Assembly (NCBI GenBank): GCA_037384445.1
Contig: JARRNY010000033.1
Span: forward strand, 44-64,043
DNA: 64,000 nt
Direction of reading: 5' to 3'
Origin: Candidatus Thiodiazotropha sp.
GTDB taxonomy: Bacteria; Pseudomonadota; Gammaproteobacteria; Chromatiales; Chromatiaceae
The position numbers were made by a program, and so were the translations under genes. Shown here one piece after another: positions 48,576-58,752 of this stretch (the stretch's first letter is position 1; every line of letters begins with the position of its first letter). Under the pieces are notes generated by a model. The model did no database searches, had not been told where the DNA came from, and saw nothing but the letters and a program-made list of their open reading frames with translations.

Positions 48576-49055
48576 ATGTTGTCTCGGAGACTGTTTTACG
48601 CACTTTTTCTGCTCTGCCTCTGTGGCTTGCCCCTCTCAGCGCTGGCAGAACCGGTCGATTTCGAGCTGCAAGGTCTCGATGGCAAAACCTATCGCCTGTC
48701 CGACTACCGGGGTAAATGGGTGCTGGTCAACTACTGGGCGACCTGGTGTCCCCCCTGTCGCGAGGAGTTGCCAGAGTTGGAGGTCTTCCATGCGAACCAC
48801 AAGGACAAGGATGCTGTCGTCTTGGGGGTCGCCATGGAGCGGATCAAAAAAGACCGGCTGCAGAAGTTTGTCGATGATCAGTTTCTCAGCTATCCCATTC
48901 TGATGATGAAGCCGGCGGCGAGTACCGAGTTGGGCAAGGTTCCCGGTCTGCCCACTTCCTATCTGGTCAATCCGCAGGGAGAATTGGCCGCCCGTCAGGT
49001 CGGTCCCGTGACGTTGGAGGATCTGGAAGCCTTCATCAACAAAGGTAAACAGTAG
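48576..49055 (+). CDS. TlpA/ResA-like thiol-disulfide oxidoreductase
   Basis: Signal peptide, VNYWATWCPPCREELP, GLPTSYLV. Confidence 0.92.
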   Translation: MLSRRLFYALFLLCLCGLPLSALAEPVDFELQGLDGKTYRLSDYRGKWVLVNYWATWCPPCREELPELEVFHANHKDKDAVVLGVAMERIKKDRLQKFVDDQFLSYPILMMKPAASTELGKVPGLPTSYLVNPQGELAARQVGPVTLEDLEAFINKGKQ

Positions 49056-49064
49056 GTGACAAGC

Positions 49065-49604
49065 ATGAGGCACGCAATTTTCTGGCTACCGGCTCTTTTG
49101 TTCATGGTATTTACCCAGGCGGGTGCGGCGACCCGCGATCCGGGGGAGTACTTCTTCGATCAGTCCCTGGGCAACTTCAGCGAAGAGCTGCAAGTGGCGA
49201 GAGATGAGGGGAAAAAAGGCATCCTGATCATGTTCGAGATGGATGAGTGCCCCTTCTGCCACCGCATGAAGACCCGGGTGTTGAACCAGGTCGAGGTGCA
49301 GGACTACTACAAGGAGCATTTTCTCATCTACGCCGTCGATATCGAGGGTGATGTGGAGATCAACGATTTTCAGGGCACCCCGATGAAGGAAAAGGACTTC
49401 GCCTTCAAACAGCACAAGGTGCGCGCTACACCGGTATTCGGCTTCTTCAACCTCGACGGCAAAATGATCACCCGTTTCACCGGCGCCACCAACAACCTGC
49501 AGGAGTTCCTCTGGCTGGGCGAGTTCGTGGTCGACGGCCACTATAAAGAGACCAACTTCACCCGCTACAAACGACAGAAGAAAAAGGAACTCAGACAGCA
49601 GTGA
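49065..49604 (+). CDS. SoxW-like periplasmic thioredoxin-fold protein
   Basis: Signal peptide, CPFCHRMK, VRATPVFGFF. Confidence 0.8.
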   Translation: MRHAIFWLPALLFMVFTQAGAATRDPGEYFFDQSLGNFSEELQVARDEGKKGILIMFEMDECPFCHRMKTRVLNQVEVQDYYKEHFLIYAVDIEGDVEINDFQGTPMKEKDFAFKQHKVRATPVFGFFNLDGKMITRFTGATNNLQEFLWLGEFVVDGHYKETNFTRYKRQKKKELRQQ

Positions 49605-50914
49605 AGAGGGGTTTCTGGCACCTTAGTGTAGTCGCTGGTGCACTGGCATTAATCCTTGGATTTGCTCAGTCAGCACCCGCAGTGGCTCAGCAGGAACCTC
49701 TACCCAGTCCCCTGAGTCTGGCGCAGGCGCTGGCGATTGCTGATCAAGCCCATCCCGACCGCTTACTGGCCGATGCGGCACTGGAACAAGCCAGGGCCCG
49801 TTACCGACAAGCCGGTGCGGTGGACGATATCGAGTTGGGTTTCACCGCTGAACTACGTGCGATCGATCCCTCCGAGACCGCCTATTACCAAACCCATAAT
49901 GACAGCCTGGCGCGACTCAATCTGAGCAAACAACTCTATGATTTCGGTCGCACCGCACGCTCGCAGGAGGCCGCCGAGGCGGCGCTCGATTCACGTCAGT
50001 GGGCACTGCAGTCGGTGCGTCAACAGCGTCGCCTGGAGGTGATGCAGCGCTTTTTTGCTGTGCTCCTGGCGGACCTCAAGTATGCGCGTGACAACGAGGC
50101 CCTCTCAACGGCCTATATCAGCTACGACCGGGCCGCCAACCGTCAGGAGCTCGGCAAGGCCTCCGACATCGAGGTGATGGAGCTGGAGAGCCTTTATCAG
50201 CAGTCCCGCCGACAGATGATCCTCAGCCGTAATCAGCAGCGCATCACCCGCTCACAATTGGCGATCAGTCTCAATCGTCCCAACGATCTGCCGGCCGATC
50301 TGGAGGTACCCGATCTGGAGATCGCACCTATCGATCAGGAGTTGGATGCCTGGGTCGAGCAGGTGTTGCTGGAGAACCCGCATCTGCGCAGTCTGCGCGC
50401 CGAGGTGGAAGCTGCACGCAAACAGTTGCAGGCCAGTGAAGCGGAAGACAATCCGGTATTGCGTGGTGAGCTGGAAGCGGCTACCTATAAGCGTGAGCTG
50501 GGTGGCCGCAATCCACTGACCGCAGCCCTGATCTTCGAGCTGCCGCTCTATACCGGCAATCGGACCGATGCCAAGGCTGCTGAGCAGCGGGCACTGCTAC
50601 AGCAGAAAGAGGCTGAGCTGGCGGCCTACGAACTGCAGCTTCATCAACAGGTGCTCGATATCTGGATGCAGCTCGATCAGCTGCAGCAGCAGTCGGAGGA
50701 GTTGCAGATCACCGCCGATTACCGCGATCTCTATCTGGATCGCAGTCGGACACTCTACGAGATGGATATGCAGACTGATCTGGGGGACTCCATGGGTAAG
50801 ATTGCCGACATCCAGTGGCAGAGAGCACAGAACAGATATGACACCCTGCTGTTGCAGGCCCGCCTCAAGGCACTGGCGGGCAGATTGATACAGCTTGAGG
50901 AGACAACACCATGA
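49601..50914 (+). CDS. TolC family outer-membrane efflux protein
   Basis: LSLAQAL, QLYDFGR, ELG.AS..EV, LPLYTG; two helical OEP repeats. Confidence 0.88.
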   Translation: MKRGFWHLSVVAGALALILGFAQSAPAVAQQEPLPSPLSLAQALAIADQAHPDRLLADAALEQARARYRQAGAVDDIELGFTAELRAIDPSETAYYQTHNDSLARLNLSKQLYDFGRTARSQEAAEAALDSRQWALQSVRQQRRLEVMQRFFAVLLADLKYARDNEALSTAYISYDRAANRQELGKASDIEVMELESLYQQSRRQMILSRNQQRITRSQLAISLNRPNDLPADLEVPDLEIAPIDQELDAWVEQVLLENPHLRSLRAEVEAARKQLQASEAEDNPVLRGELEAATYKRELGGRNPLTAALIFELPLYTGNRTDAKAAEQRALLQQKEAELAAYELQLHQQVLDIWMQLDQLQQQSEELQITADYRDLYLDRSRTLYEMDMQTDLGDSMGKIADIQWQRAQNRYDTLLLQARLKALAGRLIQLEETTP

Positions 50915-51705
50915 GAAGTATTGGCACCCACAGGATGGCGCTGTCGGGCCTGTTGATCGGCGGTCTGCTGTTAAGCGGGCCCCTGCTTGCACTCGACCTG
51001 CAGGGCACTACCGAGTGGGGAGGCCGGGTGATCTTGAGCACCACGGTCAGTGGCATGGTCAGCAAGGTCAACGTGGCTGTCGGTGACGAAGTGGCGAAGG
51101 GAGAGGTGTTGGTGGAGCTCGATCCACGCGGCTATCGCAGCCGCCTGGCGGCGGCAGAATCCTTGCGTGAGGCCACCCGGCAGTTGAATGAGGAGGCGCG
51201 CCGAGAGCTTGATCGTTCTCTCGAGCTCTACGACCGCACCATGCTTTCCGATCATCAACGCAAACTCGCTGAGATCGAAGCGGCCAAGGCGGACGCTGCC
51301 ATGCGTGAGGCGGAGGCGAAGCTGGCGGAGGTCCAGCTTGATCAGGACTACAGTCGCGTCAACGCCCCCTTCGAGGGTCGTGTTGTGGTCGTGCACGTGC
51401 AAGCGGGAGAGACAGTGGTGAACCGGCTCCAGAGCGTACCGCTGGTGACGCTGGTGGATCATCGAAAGATGCTGGCCCGCACCCAGGTCGACGAACGAGT
51501 CATGAGACGCCTGGCCAAGGGCGATAAAGTACAGATTGGCGTCCGTGGCGTGTGGCTGGATGGCGTGGTTGCCGCACTCAGCTATGAACCTGTCAGCCAA
51601 ACAAATGAGGGGGCCAGCTACCAGCTGGACGCCCAATTTTCCCCTGCTGAAGGGATGGAGTTGCGATCTGGCGAGAAGCTGGTGCTAAGATTGCCGGATG
51701 AATGA
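50911..51705 (+). CDS. Efflux periplasmic adaptor (MFP/HlyD family)
   Basis: VSGMVSKVNVAVGDEVAKGEVLVELD lipoyl half, helical hairpin, APFEGRV. Confidence 0.88.
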   Translation: MRSIGTHRMALSGLLIGGLLLSGPLLALDLQGTTEWGGRVILSTTVSGMVSKVNVAVGDEVAKGEVLVELDPRGYRSRLAAAESLREATRQLNEEARRELDRSLELYDRTMLSDHQRKLAEIEAAKADAAMREAEAKLAEVQLDQDYSRVNAPFEGRVVVVHVQAGETVVNRLQSVPLVTLVDHRKMLARTQVDERVMRRLAKGDKVQIGVRGVWLDGVVAALSYEPVSQTNEGASYQLDAQFSPAEGMELRSGEKLVLRLPDE

Positions 51706-51988
51706 GACGAGCAACAATCCGACTCTCTGTATCCGCTGCCTGGTGGCAGGGCGCGTACAGGGGGTTTTCTATCGCGCTTCAACACGCCACGAAGCTCAGC
51801 AACTGGGGCTCACCGGCTATGTGAAAAATTTACTCGATGGGCGCGTGGAAGTGGTCGCTTGCGGCGAAAAGGAGGCCGTGGAGGCGCTGCGCGAATGGCT
51901 GCGCAAGGGTCCGGCTGATGCCCAGGTGAGTGGCGTGGCCTGTGAGTTTATCGACTACCAGGAGTTTGCTCAGTTCTCAGTCAACTGA
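51698..51988 (+). CDS. acyP: Acylphosphatase
   Basis: GRVQGVFYR, GYVKNLLDGRVEV, GP..A.V. Confidence 0.93.
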   Translation: MNETSNNPTLCIRCLVAGRVQGVFYRASTRHEAQQLGLTGYVKNLLDGRVEVVACGEKEAVEALREWLRKGPADAQVSGVACEFIDYQEFAQFSVN

Positions 51989-52060
51989 TGCTGTCGGCGC
52001 TCGCCGGCATCTCTGCCCTGCCAATTCCCGCGCTCGTTCAGCAACCCCGCTTGGGTTGGC

Positions 52061-52912
52061 CTATTGCTCCAGCTCCGATGAATACCCTGGTTTGTCCAGC
52101 GGCCTGAACTTCAAGCTGGGATCCTGTTCGATCAGTGTATCGCGAACCTGCATCTCGGGGGCGGGAGGAGCCGTTCCAGTTTCGGCATAGTTGAGGGGGG
52201 CGGCCGGTTCTGTGTAAGCGCCCTCCTGTGGGTAGGTTGGTGGAGCCAGTGGTTGAGGGTCGGGATAGACGGGAGCCGCTGGTTCCGAGTAGGCACTCTC
52301 CTGCGGGTAGCTATCACGAAAGACGGGAGCTGGCGGTGCGGCTACGACCGAGTTTTGTCTGCCCTGGGAGACTGGAACGGTCTGTTGAGCCGGTTGAGCC
52401 CCCGTGTTCAAAGGTCGAAAGTGAAACTCCGTGCCCTGGTCGGGGTTTGAGAACCTGGGCTGATAGTGCTGTGCTGCAGGTGGTATGGTGTTGTAGTTCG
52501 GTGTCTGTACTTCCTGTGGCGGTGGTGGTGCAAACTCAGTGGGTTGGGCTGGAGGCTGTGCATAGGAAGCGTCGTAGTCTGGATAGGCTGGCGCTTGCGG
52601 CGCGTAACCGTAGTCGGTATAGGGTTGCTGATAGGCTGGATAGGCCGGGTAACCATACGCCGGCGGATAAGCCGGAGGTGTGTATCTGGCAGCCGGATAG
52701 TCGTCGTAACCTCGATTGGAGCCAAACATGCTACGCATGGGATTACCCATGTTCATCATGTTGCCTGGGTTGAAATTGAACTGACGCGTGGTGTTATCGC
52801 TATCGTAGGTCGGTTCTGGTGCATAGCCGTAAGCGGGATAGTAGGGATCCTGGGCCGCAAGCGGACTGGCCGCTATAGCACTCAGGGCAAACAAGGTCAG
52901 CTGTCGTTTCAT
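52061..52912 (-). CDS. Secreted Pro/Tyr/Gln-rich low-complexity protein
   Basis: Signal peptide MKRQLTLFALSAIAASPLAA; YPAY repeats; YPQE.AY.EPAAP duplicated; FRPL twice. Confidence 0.75.
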   Translation of the reverse strand: MKRQLTLFALSAIAASPLAAQDPYYPAYGYAPEPTYDSDNTTRQFNFNPGNMMNMGNPMRSMFGSNRGYDDYPAARYTPPAYPPAYGYPAYPAYQQPYTDYGYAPQAPAYPDYDASYAQPPAQPTEFAPPPPQEVQTPNYNTIPPAAQHYQPRFSNPDQGTEFHFRPLNTGAQPAQQTVPVSQGRQNSVVAAPPAPVFRDSYPQESAYSEPAAPVYPDPQPLAPPTYPQEGAYTEPAAPLNYAETGTAPPAPEMQVRDTLIEQDPSLKFRPLDKPGYSSELEQ

Positions 52913-52976
52913 CGTAAGTCCTCGGGGCTGGGACATTTTATTATCGAGCCTTAATATTAAGGCCCCTGTTGCCACC

Positions 52977-53696
52977 ATGCAAAGTCACATGCAATTACCC
53001 CCTCTGTTCAATGGCCGAATTCTGAAACGCTACAAGCGATTTCTGGCTGATGTGGTGCTCGATGATGGTCGTCAGGTGACGGCCCACTGCCCGAATACCG
53101 GAAGTATGCTGGGTTGCTGGGAGGTGGATGCGCCAGTGCAGGTGAGTCATAGCGATAACCCTCGGCGCAAACTGGCCTGGACCCTGGAGCGGGTCGATAT
53201 GGGGCAGGGCTGGATTGGTGTCCATACCGGACGCACCAATCCGGTGGTGGAAGAGGCAGTACGTGAGGATGTCATTGAATCCCTGCAGGGCTATCGAACG
53301 CTCCGGCGGGAGGTGACCTATGCGCCGGAGAACTTCGAGCGTGCCCGCTTCGATCTGCTACTGACTGAGGGTGATCGCGCGGATGCCTGGGTTGAGGTGA
53401 AGAACGTGACGCTCTGGCAGGGCGATGCCTTGACCTTTCCCGATGCGGTAAGCGTACGCGGGCGCAAACACTTGCTGTTATTGAGTCAGGCCTGCCGGGA
53501 AGGTTTCCGCGGCGTGATGGTCTACGCGCTCAATCGTCCGGAAGGGAGCTGTTTCAGACCGGCCTATGAGATTGATCCAGCCTATGCCGAGACGCTGCAT
53601 GCAGCGGTGAAGCAGGGGGTGGAGATCCTGGCCGTGCGTATAGCGCACGGGCCGCAATCGATGCGCGTTATCGGAGAGGTACCGATCGAGCTGTAG
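52977..53696 (+). CDS. sfsA: SfsA nuclease-like protein
   Basis: KRYKRFLADV, AHCPNTGSM, VEVKNVT, FPDAVSVRGRKHL. Confidence 0.95.
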   Translation: MQSHMQLPPLFNGRILKRYKRFLADVVLDDGRQVTAHCPNTGSMLGCWEVDAPVQVSHSDNPRRKLAWTLERVDMGQGWIGVHTGRTNPVVEEAVREDVIESLQGYRTLRREVTYAPENFERARFDLLLTEGDRADAWVEVKNVTLWQGDALTFPDAVSVRGRKHLLLLSQACREGFRGVMVYALNRPEGSCFRPAYEIDPAYAETLHAAVKQGVEILAVRIAHGPQSMRVIGEVPIEL

Positions 53697-53744
53697 CCGG
53701 AAGCCAGGTTAGAGAGGGTTTTGCAGAGCCGGCAAAAAGCCCGT

Positions 53745-54584
53745 TTAGTAACCCATGGATGCCAGATCCAGTCCTGAGGGAATTTCCGGCAGGAGGCCAA
53801 GCCCAGTATCGATGCTGCCGTCAGGATGAAGTTCCAGCCAGCGATAGCCTGGCGGGCAGGCATCGATGCCGAAATCGTCCTGTCCGGGGATAAACTGTAT
53901 GCAGGTGGAGGGCGAGCCGATCAGCCGCAAGCCCTGGTATTCGCCTTCGTACTGCTGGTGAATATGGCCGCAGAGTACGGCCTTCACCTGGGGATGATTG
54001 CTGAGCAGGTTGAAAAAGGCGTCTGGGTTCTTCAGCGCCATGGTATCCATCCAGCGGCTACCCACGGGCAGGGGGTGATGGTGCATGCAGATCAGGGTGT
54101 GTTTGTCAGTGTGGGCTTCCAGCAGAAGCTGCAGCAATTCGAGCTGCCCCTTGTCGAGATTGCCACTCTCATTGCCCGGAATGGTCGAATCGAGAAAGAT
54201 CAGCGACCAGCCTTTAGCTTGAACGCTGGGCAGGGTATGTACGTTGTCCTGGTTCAGGATCTGCTTCATCTTGTGCGGCAGGTCGTGATTTCCCGGCAGG
54301 CAGTAGGTGGGGATGCCAGTTAGTTTGAAGCGGCCGAGCAGACGCTTGTATCCGGTGTCGGAGGCGTCATGCACCAGGTCCCCGGTGGCGAGGAGCAGGT
54401 CGGGCATGCCTTGTTCGTGCAGAGCCTGCGCGAGCACCTCATCAAAGGTCTCGAGGGTATTGAGACCCAGCAGGCAACGCGAGGGATCAGCATAGAGATG
54501 GCTGTCCGTCAGTTGCAGTACCTTCAATGTTTTCTCCGGCACTGTTCTGAGCGCTGTAGTCTGATTGTCTGAACTGCTCCGCAT
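53745..54584 (-). CDS. cpdA: 3',5'-cyclic AMP phosphodiesterase
   Basis: TDSHL, TGDL, PGNHD, HHHP, CGHIHQ, PSTCIQF, PGYRWL. Confidence 0.93.
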   Translation of the reverse strand: MRSSSDNQTTALRTVPEKTLKVLQLTDSHLYADPSRCLLGLNTLETFDEVLAQALHEQGMPDLLLATGDLVHDASDTGYKRLLGRFKLTGIPTYCLPGNHDLPHKMKQILNQDNVHTLPSVQAKGWSLIFLDSTIPGNESGNLDKGQLELLQLLLEAHTDKHTLICMHHHPLPVGSRWMDTMALKNPDAFFNLLSNHPQVKAVLCGHIHQQYEGEYQGLRLIGSPSTCIQFIPGQDDFGIDACPPGYRWLELHPDGSIDTGLGLLPEIPSGLDLASMGY

Positions 54585-54833
54585 AACGCGTGTCGTGTTG
54601 GTCTTTCAGGTCGCCGGTGAAGGACAGCTGGATACACCCGGCGATCCAGCACTATTGTGTCTGAGCTAATATTAGATCAGTTTTAATGAAAGTAAAAAAA
54701 CCAAAATCACTCTTTTTTTCTGATTTGCCCTCAACTTAGAATGATTTTCGATATTTTTCCCCGATTTTTGCTGAGGCGTTAACACTTTCAGTTATCGATA
54801 GTGATTTTCATTGAGTCGTCTACACTAGCAATT

Positions 54834-55790
54834 ATGACATTAAGTGAACTTCGTTATATCGTCGCCGTCGCCCGTGAGCGCCATTTTGGCCATGCGGCGG
54901 AGTCGTGTTTTGTCAGTCAGCCAACCCTCAGTGTGGCAGTAAAGAAGCTTGAGGAAGAGTTGGGCGTCGGGCTTTTTGAGCGCGGTCAGGGCGAGGTGAG
55001 TTTGACCCCCGCCGGGGAGCGTATCGTGGCTCAGGCACAGCGTGTGCTGGAGGAGGCCGGCGTGATTCGTGAACTGGCGAGCCAAAGCAAGGATCAACTC
55101 TCCGGTCCCCTGCGGGTGGGGGCGATCTACACCGTCGGGCCCTATCTCTTTCCCCACTTGGTGCCGGTCCTGACCCAACGGGCCAAGGGGATGCCGCTGA
55201 TCATCAGGGAAAACTTCACCTCGGTGCTTTGCGATCAGCTCAAGCGCGGCGATCTGGATGTGATCGTCATCTCCTATCCTTTCGATGAGCCGGGTATTCA
55301 GACTCGACTGCTCTATGATGAAGGGTTCTCCGTCCTCCTGCCCAAGCAGCACCCCTTGGCGAGCCAGAGCTCGATCCGTCCCGAGCAGTTGCAGCAGGAG
55401 TCAGTCTTGCTGCTTGGAGAGGGGCACTGTTTCCGCGAGCAGGTGCTGCGCATCTGCCCTGAGTGTCAGCAGAAGAGTGTCGCGGATGGCGGTATGCAGC
55501 GCAATCTGGAAGGGGGTTCGCTGGAGACTATTCGCTATATGGTAGCCAGTGGTATCGGTGTCACCATCCTGCCGGACACAGCCATCGGTCTGGATCATGT
55601 GCCCTGGAATCTGCTGACAGCACGGCCATTGGAAGCAATGGACCCGCAACGTCGGGTGGCCCTGGCCTGGCGTAAGAGCTTTCCGCGTCCGGAGGCGATC
55701 AATCTGCTGTGGGAGTCCATTCGCCAGTGCAATCTGAAAGGTGTCGATCTGGCGGAGGAGCCTCTATTGCCCGAGACGGCAGTTGGGTGA
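54834..55790 (+). CDS. oxyR: LysR-family peroxide sensor OxyR
   Basis: MTLSELRY, CFVSQPTLS, GHCFREQVLRIC (both redox Cys), SLETIRYMVASG. Confidence 0.88.
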   Translation: MTLSELRYIVAVARERHFGHAAESCFVSQPTLSVAVKKLEEELGVGLFERGQGEVSLTPAGERIVAQAQRVLEEAGVIRELASQSKDQLSGPLRVGAIYTVGPYLFPHLVPVLTQRAKGMPLIIRENFTSVLCDQLKRGDLDVIVISYPFDEPGIQTRLLYDEGFSVLLPKQHPLASQSSIRPEQLQQESVLLLGEGHCFREQVLRICPECQQKSVADGGMQRNLEGGSLETIRYMVASGIGVTILPDTAIGLDHVPWNLLTARPLEAMDPQRRVALAWRKSFPRPEAINLLWESIRQCNLKGVDLAEEPLLPETAVG

Positions 55791-55799
55791 AGGCTTTAC

Positions 55800-57770
55800 T
55801 TATATAACCCGATCATTTCCCCCATCCACGGGTATCTGCGCACCGGTTGTCTTGGCGAAGCGGCGATCGCAGAGTTCACAGGCCAGTTCCGCCACGTCGC
55901 GGCTGGTGATCTCGGTTTTCAGCAGATTGCGCCGTTTATAGGCCTGCACGGTTATTCCATAATGCGCAGCCCGGGCTTCCAGCACCTCGTCGGTCCAGAT
56001 GCCCGTATCAAACACGGCATCGGGATGCAGCGAATTGATGCGGATACGGTCGGGAGCCCACTCCAGCGCGGTAATTCTCGCCAGCTGGTTGAGCGCCGCC
56101 TTGGCCGCTGAGTAGGCGGCCGCCCCCAGTCCCGGTGCCGCTACGTTCTTCGAACCGATAACCACCACCCGGCCGCCGTTGGGCGCCAGTTTGAGCATGG
56201 CATGGGTCTCACGCAACAGGCGCAAGTTGGCGTCCAGGTTGACCTGCATTACCCGCTGCCAGGTCGCATCATCCAGCTCCGCCACCGGACAGCCGCCGGG
56301 GAAGATGCCGGCGTTGAGCACTAGCATGTCGAGGCCGCCGAAGTGCAGCAGCGTCTGTTGTAGTGCGTCTCCGATCGCTTCACTGTCAGTGACATCGCAG
56401 GCGAGACCAAGAAAGGCTTCACTGTCGTCATGCTGGTAGGCGATCGCTTCATCGAGGTCGAGTCCCACCACCGCAGCGCCCCGCCTAAGCAGGGATTCGA
56501 CACAGGCACGGCCGATGCCGGAGGCGGCACCGGTGACCAGCGCCACCTCGCCCTGAAAGGGCGGCGGTGATCCTGCTTTGCGCAGCTTGGCCTGCTCCAG
56601 CTCCCAGTACTCCACCTCGAAGATCTCCTTTGCCGGCAGCGCCTGCCAGCCACCGAGCAACTCTGCGCGCTGGATGATCTCCAGGGTATGACGGTAGATG
56701 TCAGCGACGATCCCGGCTTCATGGGGGTTACGGCCGACGGCAAGCAGGCCGAGCTGCGGATCGAGCACCACCCGGGGCGCCGGGTCGAGCATCTCTACCG
56801 GTGTGCGTGACTCAATGGCGTAGGTCTCGAAGTAGTGCTGGTAGGCCGCGATATAGTCGAGTACCTCGTCGCCCAGCATCGGCAGGCGTTTGGTGCGGAT
56901 CACGTGATCGGGAGTGGCGGGTCCGCGCTGGGAGATCGCCTCCAGGTCGGCTCGCTGGCAGAAACTCAGCTCAGCCTCTGTACGGTGGCTCGCCAGGATG
57001 ACGGGGAAACCGGCAACATCACTGATGTTGCGGCGCAGCTCGGCCAGCGCCAGGGTATCGATCTCTGTCTCGCTAGTCTCTGGAGTGAGAGTCCAGGCAT
57101 TGTGTTGCTGGAGGTGGGACTCGGCCTCATCCACCAGACGGATCATCCGCTCATAGGACTCCTGTGCGCTGTCGCCAAAGGTGAACAGGCCGTGGTTCAT
57201 CAACACCATACCGAGAGTGCCGGCATGCGCTTCGCGGGGAAACTGCTGCGCCACCTGTTTCGCCAGGTCGAAGCCTGGCATCACGTAGGGGATCACCACC
57301 AGCCGGTCGCCGAAGAGTTGGCGGATGCGCGCCTCCCCGTCGGGAGTATTGGTCATGGTGACGATGGCATCGGCGTGGGTGTGGTCGACGTATTTATAGG
57401 GCAGCACCGCATGCAGGATCGCCTCCACCGAGGCGGTGGGGGCGGAGGCACGGGTCTGCTGGGTCTTCAGCTGGTTGACCATCTCGCTGTCGGAGAGACT
57501 ATCCAGCTGGGACAGTTTCAGCAGGTGGGCCATGCGTACCGGGGTGAACCCGGCGGCTTCGATGGTGGCCAGGTCCCAGCCGCTGCCCTTGACGTAGAGG
57601 ATCTCTTCCGGCTCGCCGAAGAGATTGTTTTCTGTCAGCTTGACCGAGGTGTTGCCACCACCATGCAGCACCAGCGATGGGTCCGAGCCCAGCAGGCGCG
57701 AAGTGTAGACGCGCAGGTCGATTTCGCTGTCACATCGGGCAGCTTCACTGTCGTTCCACAGGCTCTTCAT
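55800..57770 (-). CDS. Bifunctional class II aldolase / short-chain dehydrogenase
   Basis: LVLHGGGNTSVK, KGSGWDL, DHTHAD, EYWELEQAKL linker, TGAASGIG, YSAAK, VDGG. Confidence 0.93.
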   Translation of the reverse strand: MKSLWNDSEAARCDSEIDLRVYTSRLLGSDPSLVLHGGGNTSVKLTENNLFGEPEEILYVKGSGWDLATIEAAGFTPVRMAHLLKLSQLDSLSDSEMVNQLKTQQTRASAPTASVEAILHAVLPYKYVDHTHADAIVTMTNTPDGEARIRQLFGDRLVVIPYVMPGFDLAKQVAQQFPREAHAGTLGMVLMNHGLFTFGDSAQESYERMIRLVDEAESHLQQHNAWTLTPETSETEIDTLALAELRRNISDVAGFPVILASHRTEAELSFCQRADLEAISQRGPATPDHVIRTKRLPMLGDEVLDYIAAYQHYFETYAIESRTPVEMLDPAPRVVLDPQLGLLAVGRNPHEAGIVADIYRHTLEIIQRAELLGGWQALPAKEIFEVEYWELEQAKLRKAGSPPPFQGEVALVTGAASGIGRACVESLLRRGAAVVGLDLDEAIAYQHDDSEAFLGLACDVTDSEAIGDALQQTLLHFGGLDMLVLNAGIFPGGCPVAELDDATWQRVMQVNLDANLRLLRETHAMLKLAPNGGRVVVIGSKNVAAPGLGAAAYSAAKAALNQLARITALEWAPDRIRINSLHPDAVFDTGIWTDEVLEARAAHYGITVQAYKRRNLLKTEITSRDVAELACELCDRRFAKTTGAQIPVDGGNDRVI

Positions 57771-57995
57771 CAGTCACTCCGGAATAGGGTTGGCAGAGGG
57801 AGAATATACCGCAAAGCGTGCGATGAAATGCAAAGCACGCCAAGTGATTCAGCAATGCGCGCGAATCATCTGGACGCTATGGCAGCGCATGTTGGGGCAT
57901 GCCGGGCGGAAGGGAGAGGGCTGTTTCCAGTTGAGAGATAGTGGCTTTTTCTACGCTGAAAACAGATGAAACAGCGCGCTCTCAGCGCGATGAAA

Positions 57996-58511
57996 TCAGA
58001 AGTTCTCGGTGGAGGTGAAGAGACCGACCCGCAGGTCTTTGGCGGTGTAGATCTCGCGCCCGTCCACTTTCATGACACCGTCGGCGACGCCAAGCACCAG
58101 CTTGCGGGCAATGACCCGCTTGATGTCGATGTGGTAGGTGACCTGTTTCGCTGTCGGTAATACCTGGCCGGTGAATTTGACCTCGCCAACGCCAAGCGCA
58201 CGGCCGTGACCCGGGTTGCCGATCCAGGCCAGGAAGAAGCCGACCAGTTGCCACATGGCATCGAGGCCGAGGCAGCCGGGCATTACCGGATCGCCCGGGA
58301 AGTGACAGTCGAAGAACCAGAGGTCCGGGTTGATGTCGAGCTCGGCCAGGATCTCTCCCTTGCCGTAGGCGCCCCCTTCATCGGCGATTTTCAGCACGCG
58401 GTCCATCATCAGCATGTTGGGGGTCGGCAGCTGAGCATTGCCGGGACCGAACATTTCACCATGGCCGCAACGCAGTAATTCATCGCGATTGAAAGAGTTC
58501 TGTCGGCTCAT
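57996..58511 (-). CDS. fabA: 3-hydroxyacyl-ACP dehydratase/isomerase
   Basis: [37 protein letters not shown]. Confidence 0.97.
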   Translation of the reverse strand: MSRQNSFNRDELLRCGHGEMFGPGNAQLPTPNMLMMDRVLKIADEGGAYGKGEILAELDINPDLWFFDCHFPGDPVMPGCLGLDAMWQLVGFFLAWIGNPGHGRALGVGEVKFTGQVLPTAKQVTYHIDIKRVIARKLVLGVADGVMKVDGREIYTAKDLRVGLFTSTENF

Positions 58512-58752
58512 GGGGTATGCCTCGTTACATCGTAACTGCTTGAGTTTTAAAAGCGGCCTAGTTTCCCTGCATCCATAGAGAGTGTCAAATCCAACGCCAC
58601 CTCCGACAGGGAAAAACCAGCGTTCATCCGACCCGCGCCGGCTTGTCCTAAGGCAAGGTTTTCTCAAGGGGATTCGATATACTGTCTCGCTTGGATATCT
58701 CCCGTTTCAGGCTGCAGGAGATGGACAGAACTAACCAGGAGAGGTCAAGGAG

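Noticed and set aside
54660-54833. AT-rich cpdA/oxyR spacer with a possible OxyR box
   Set aside because: Only one of the four ATAG/CTAT units matches; it is an ordinary divergent promoter region.
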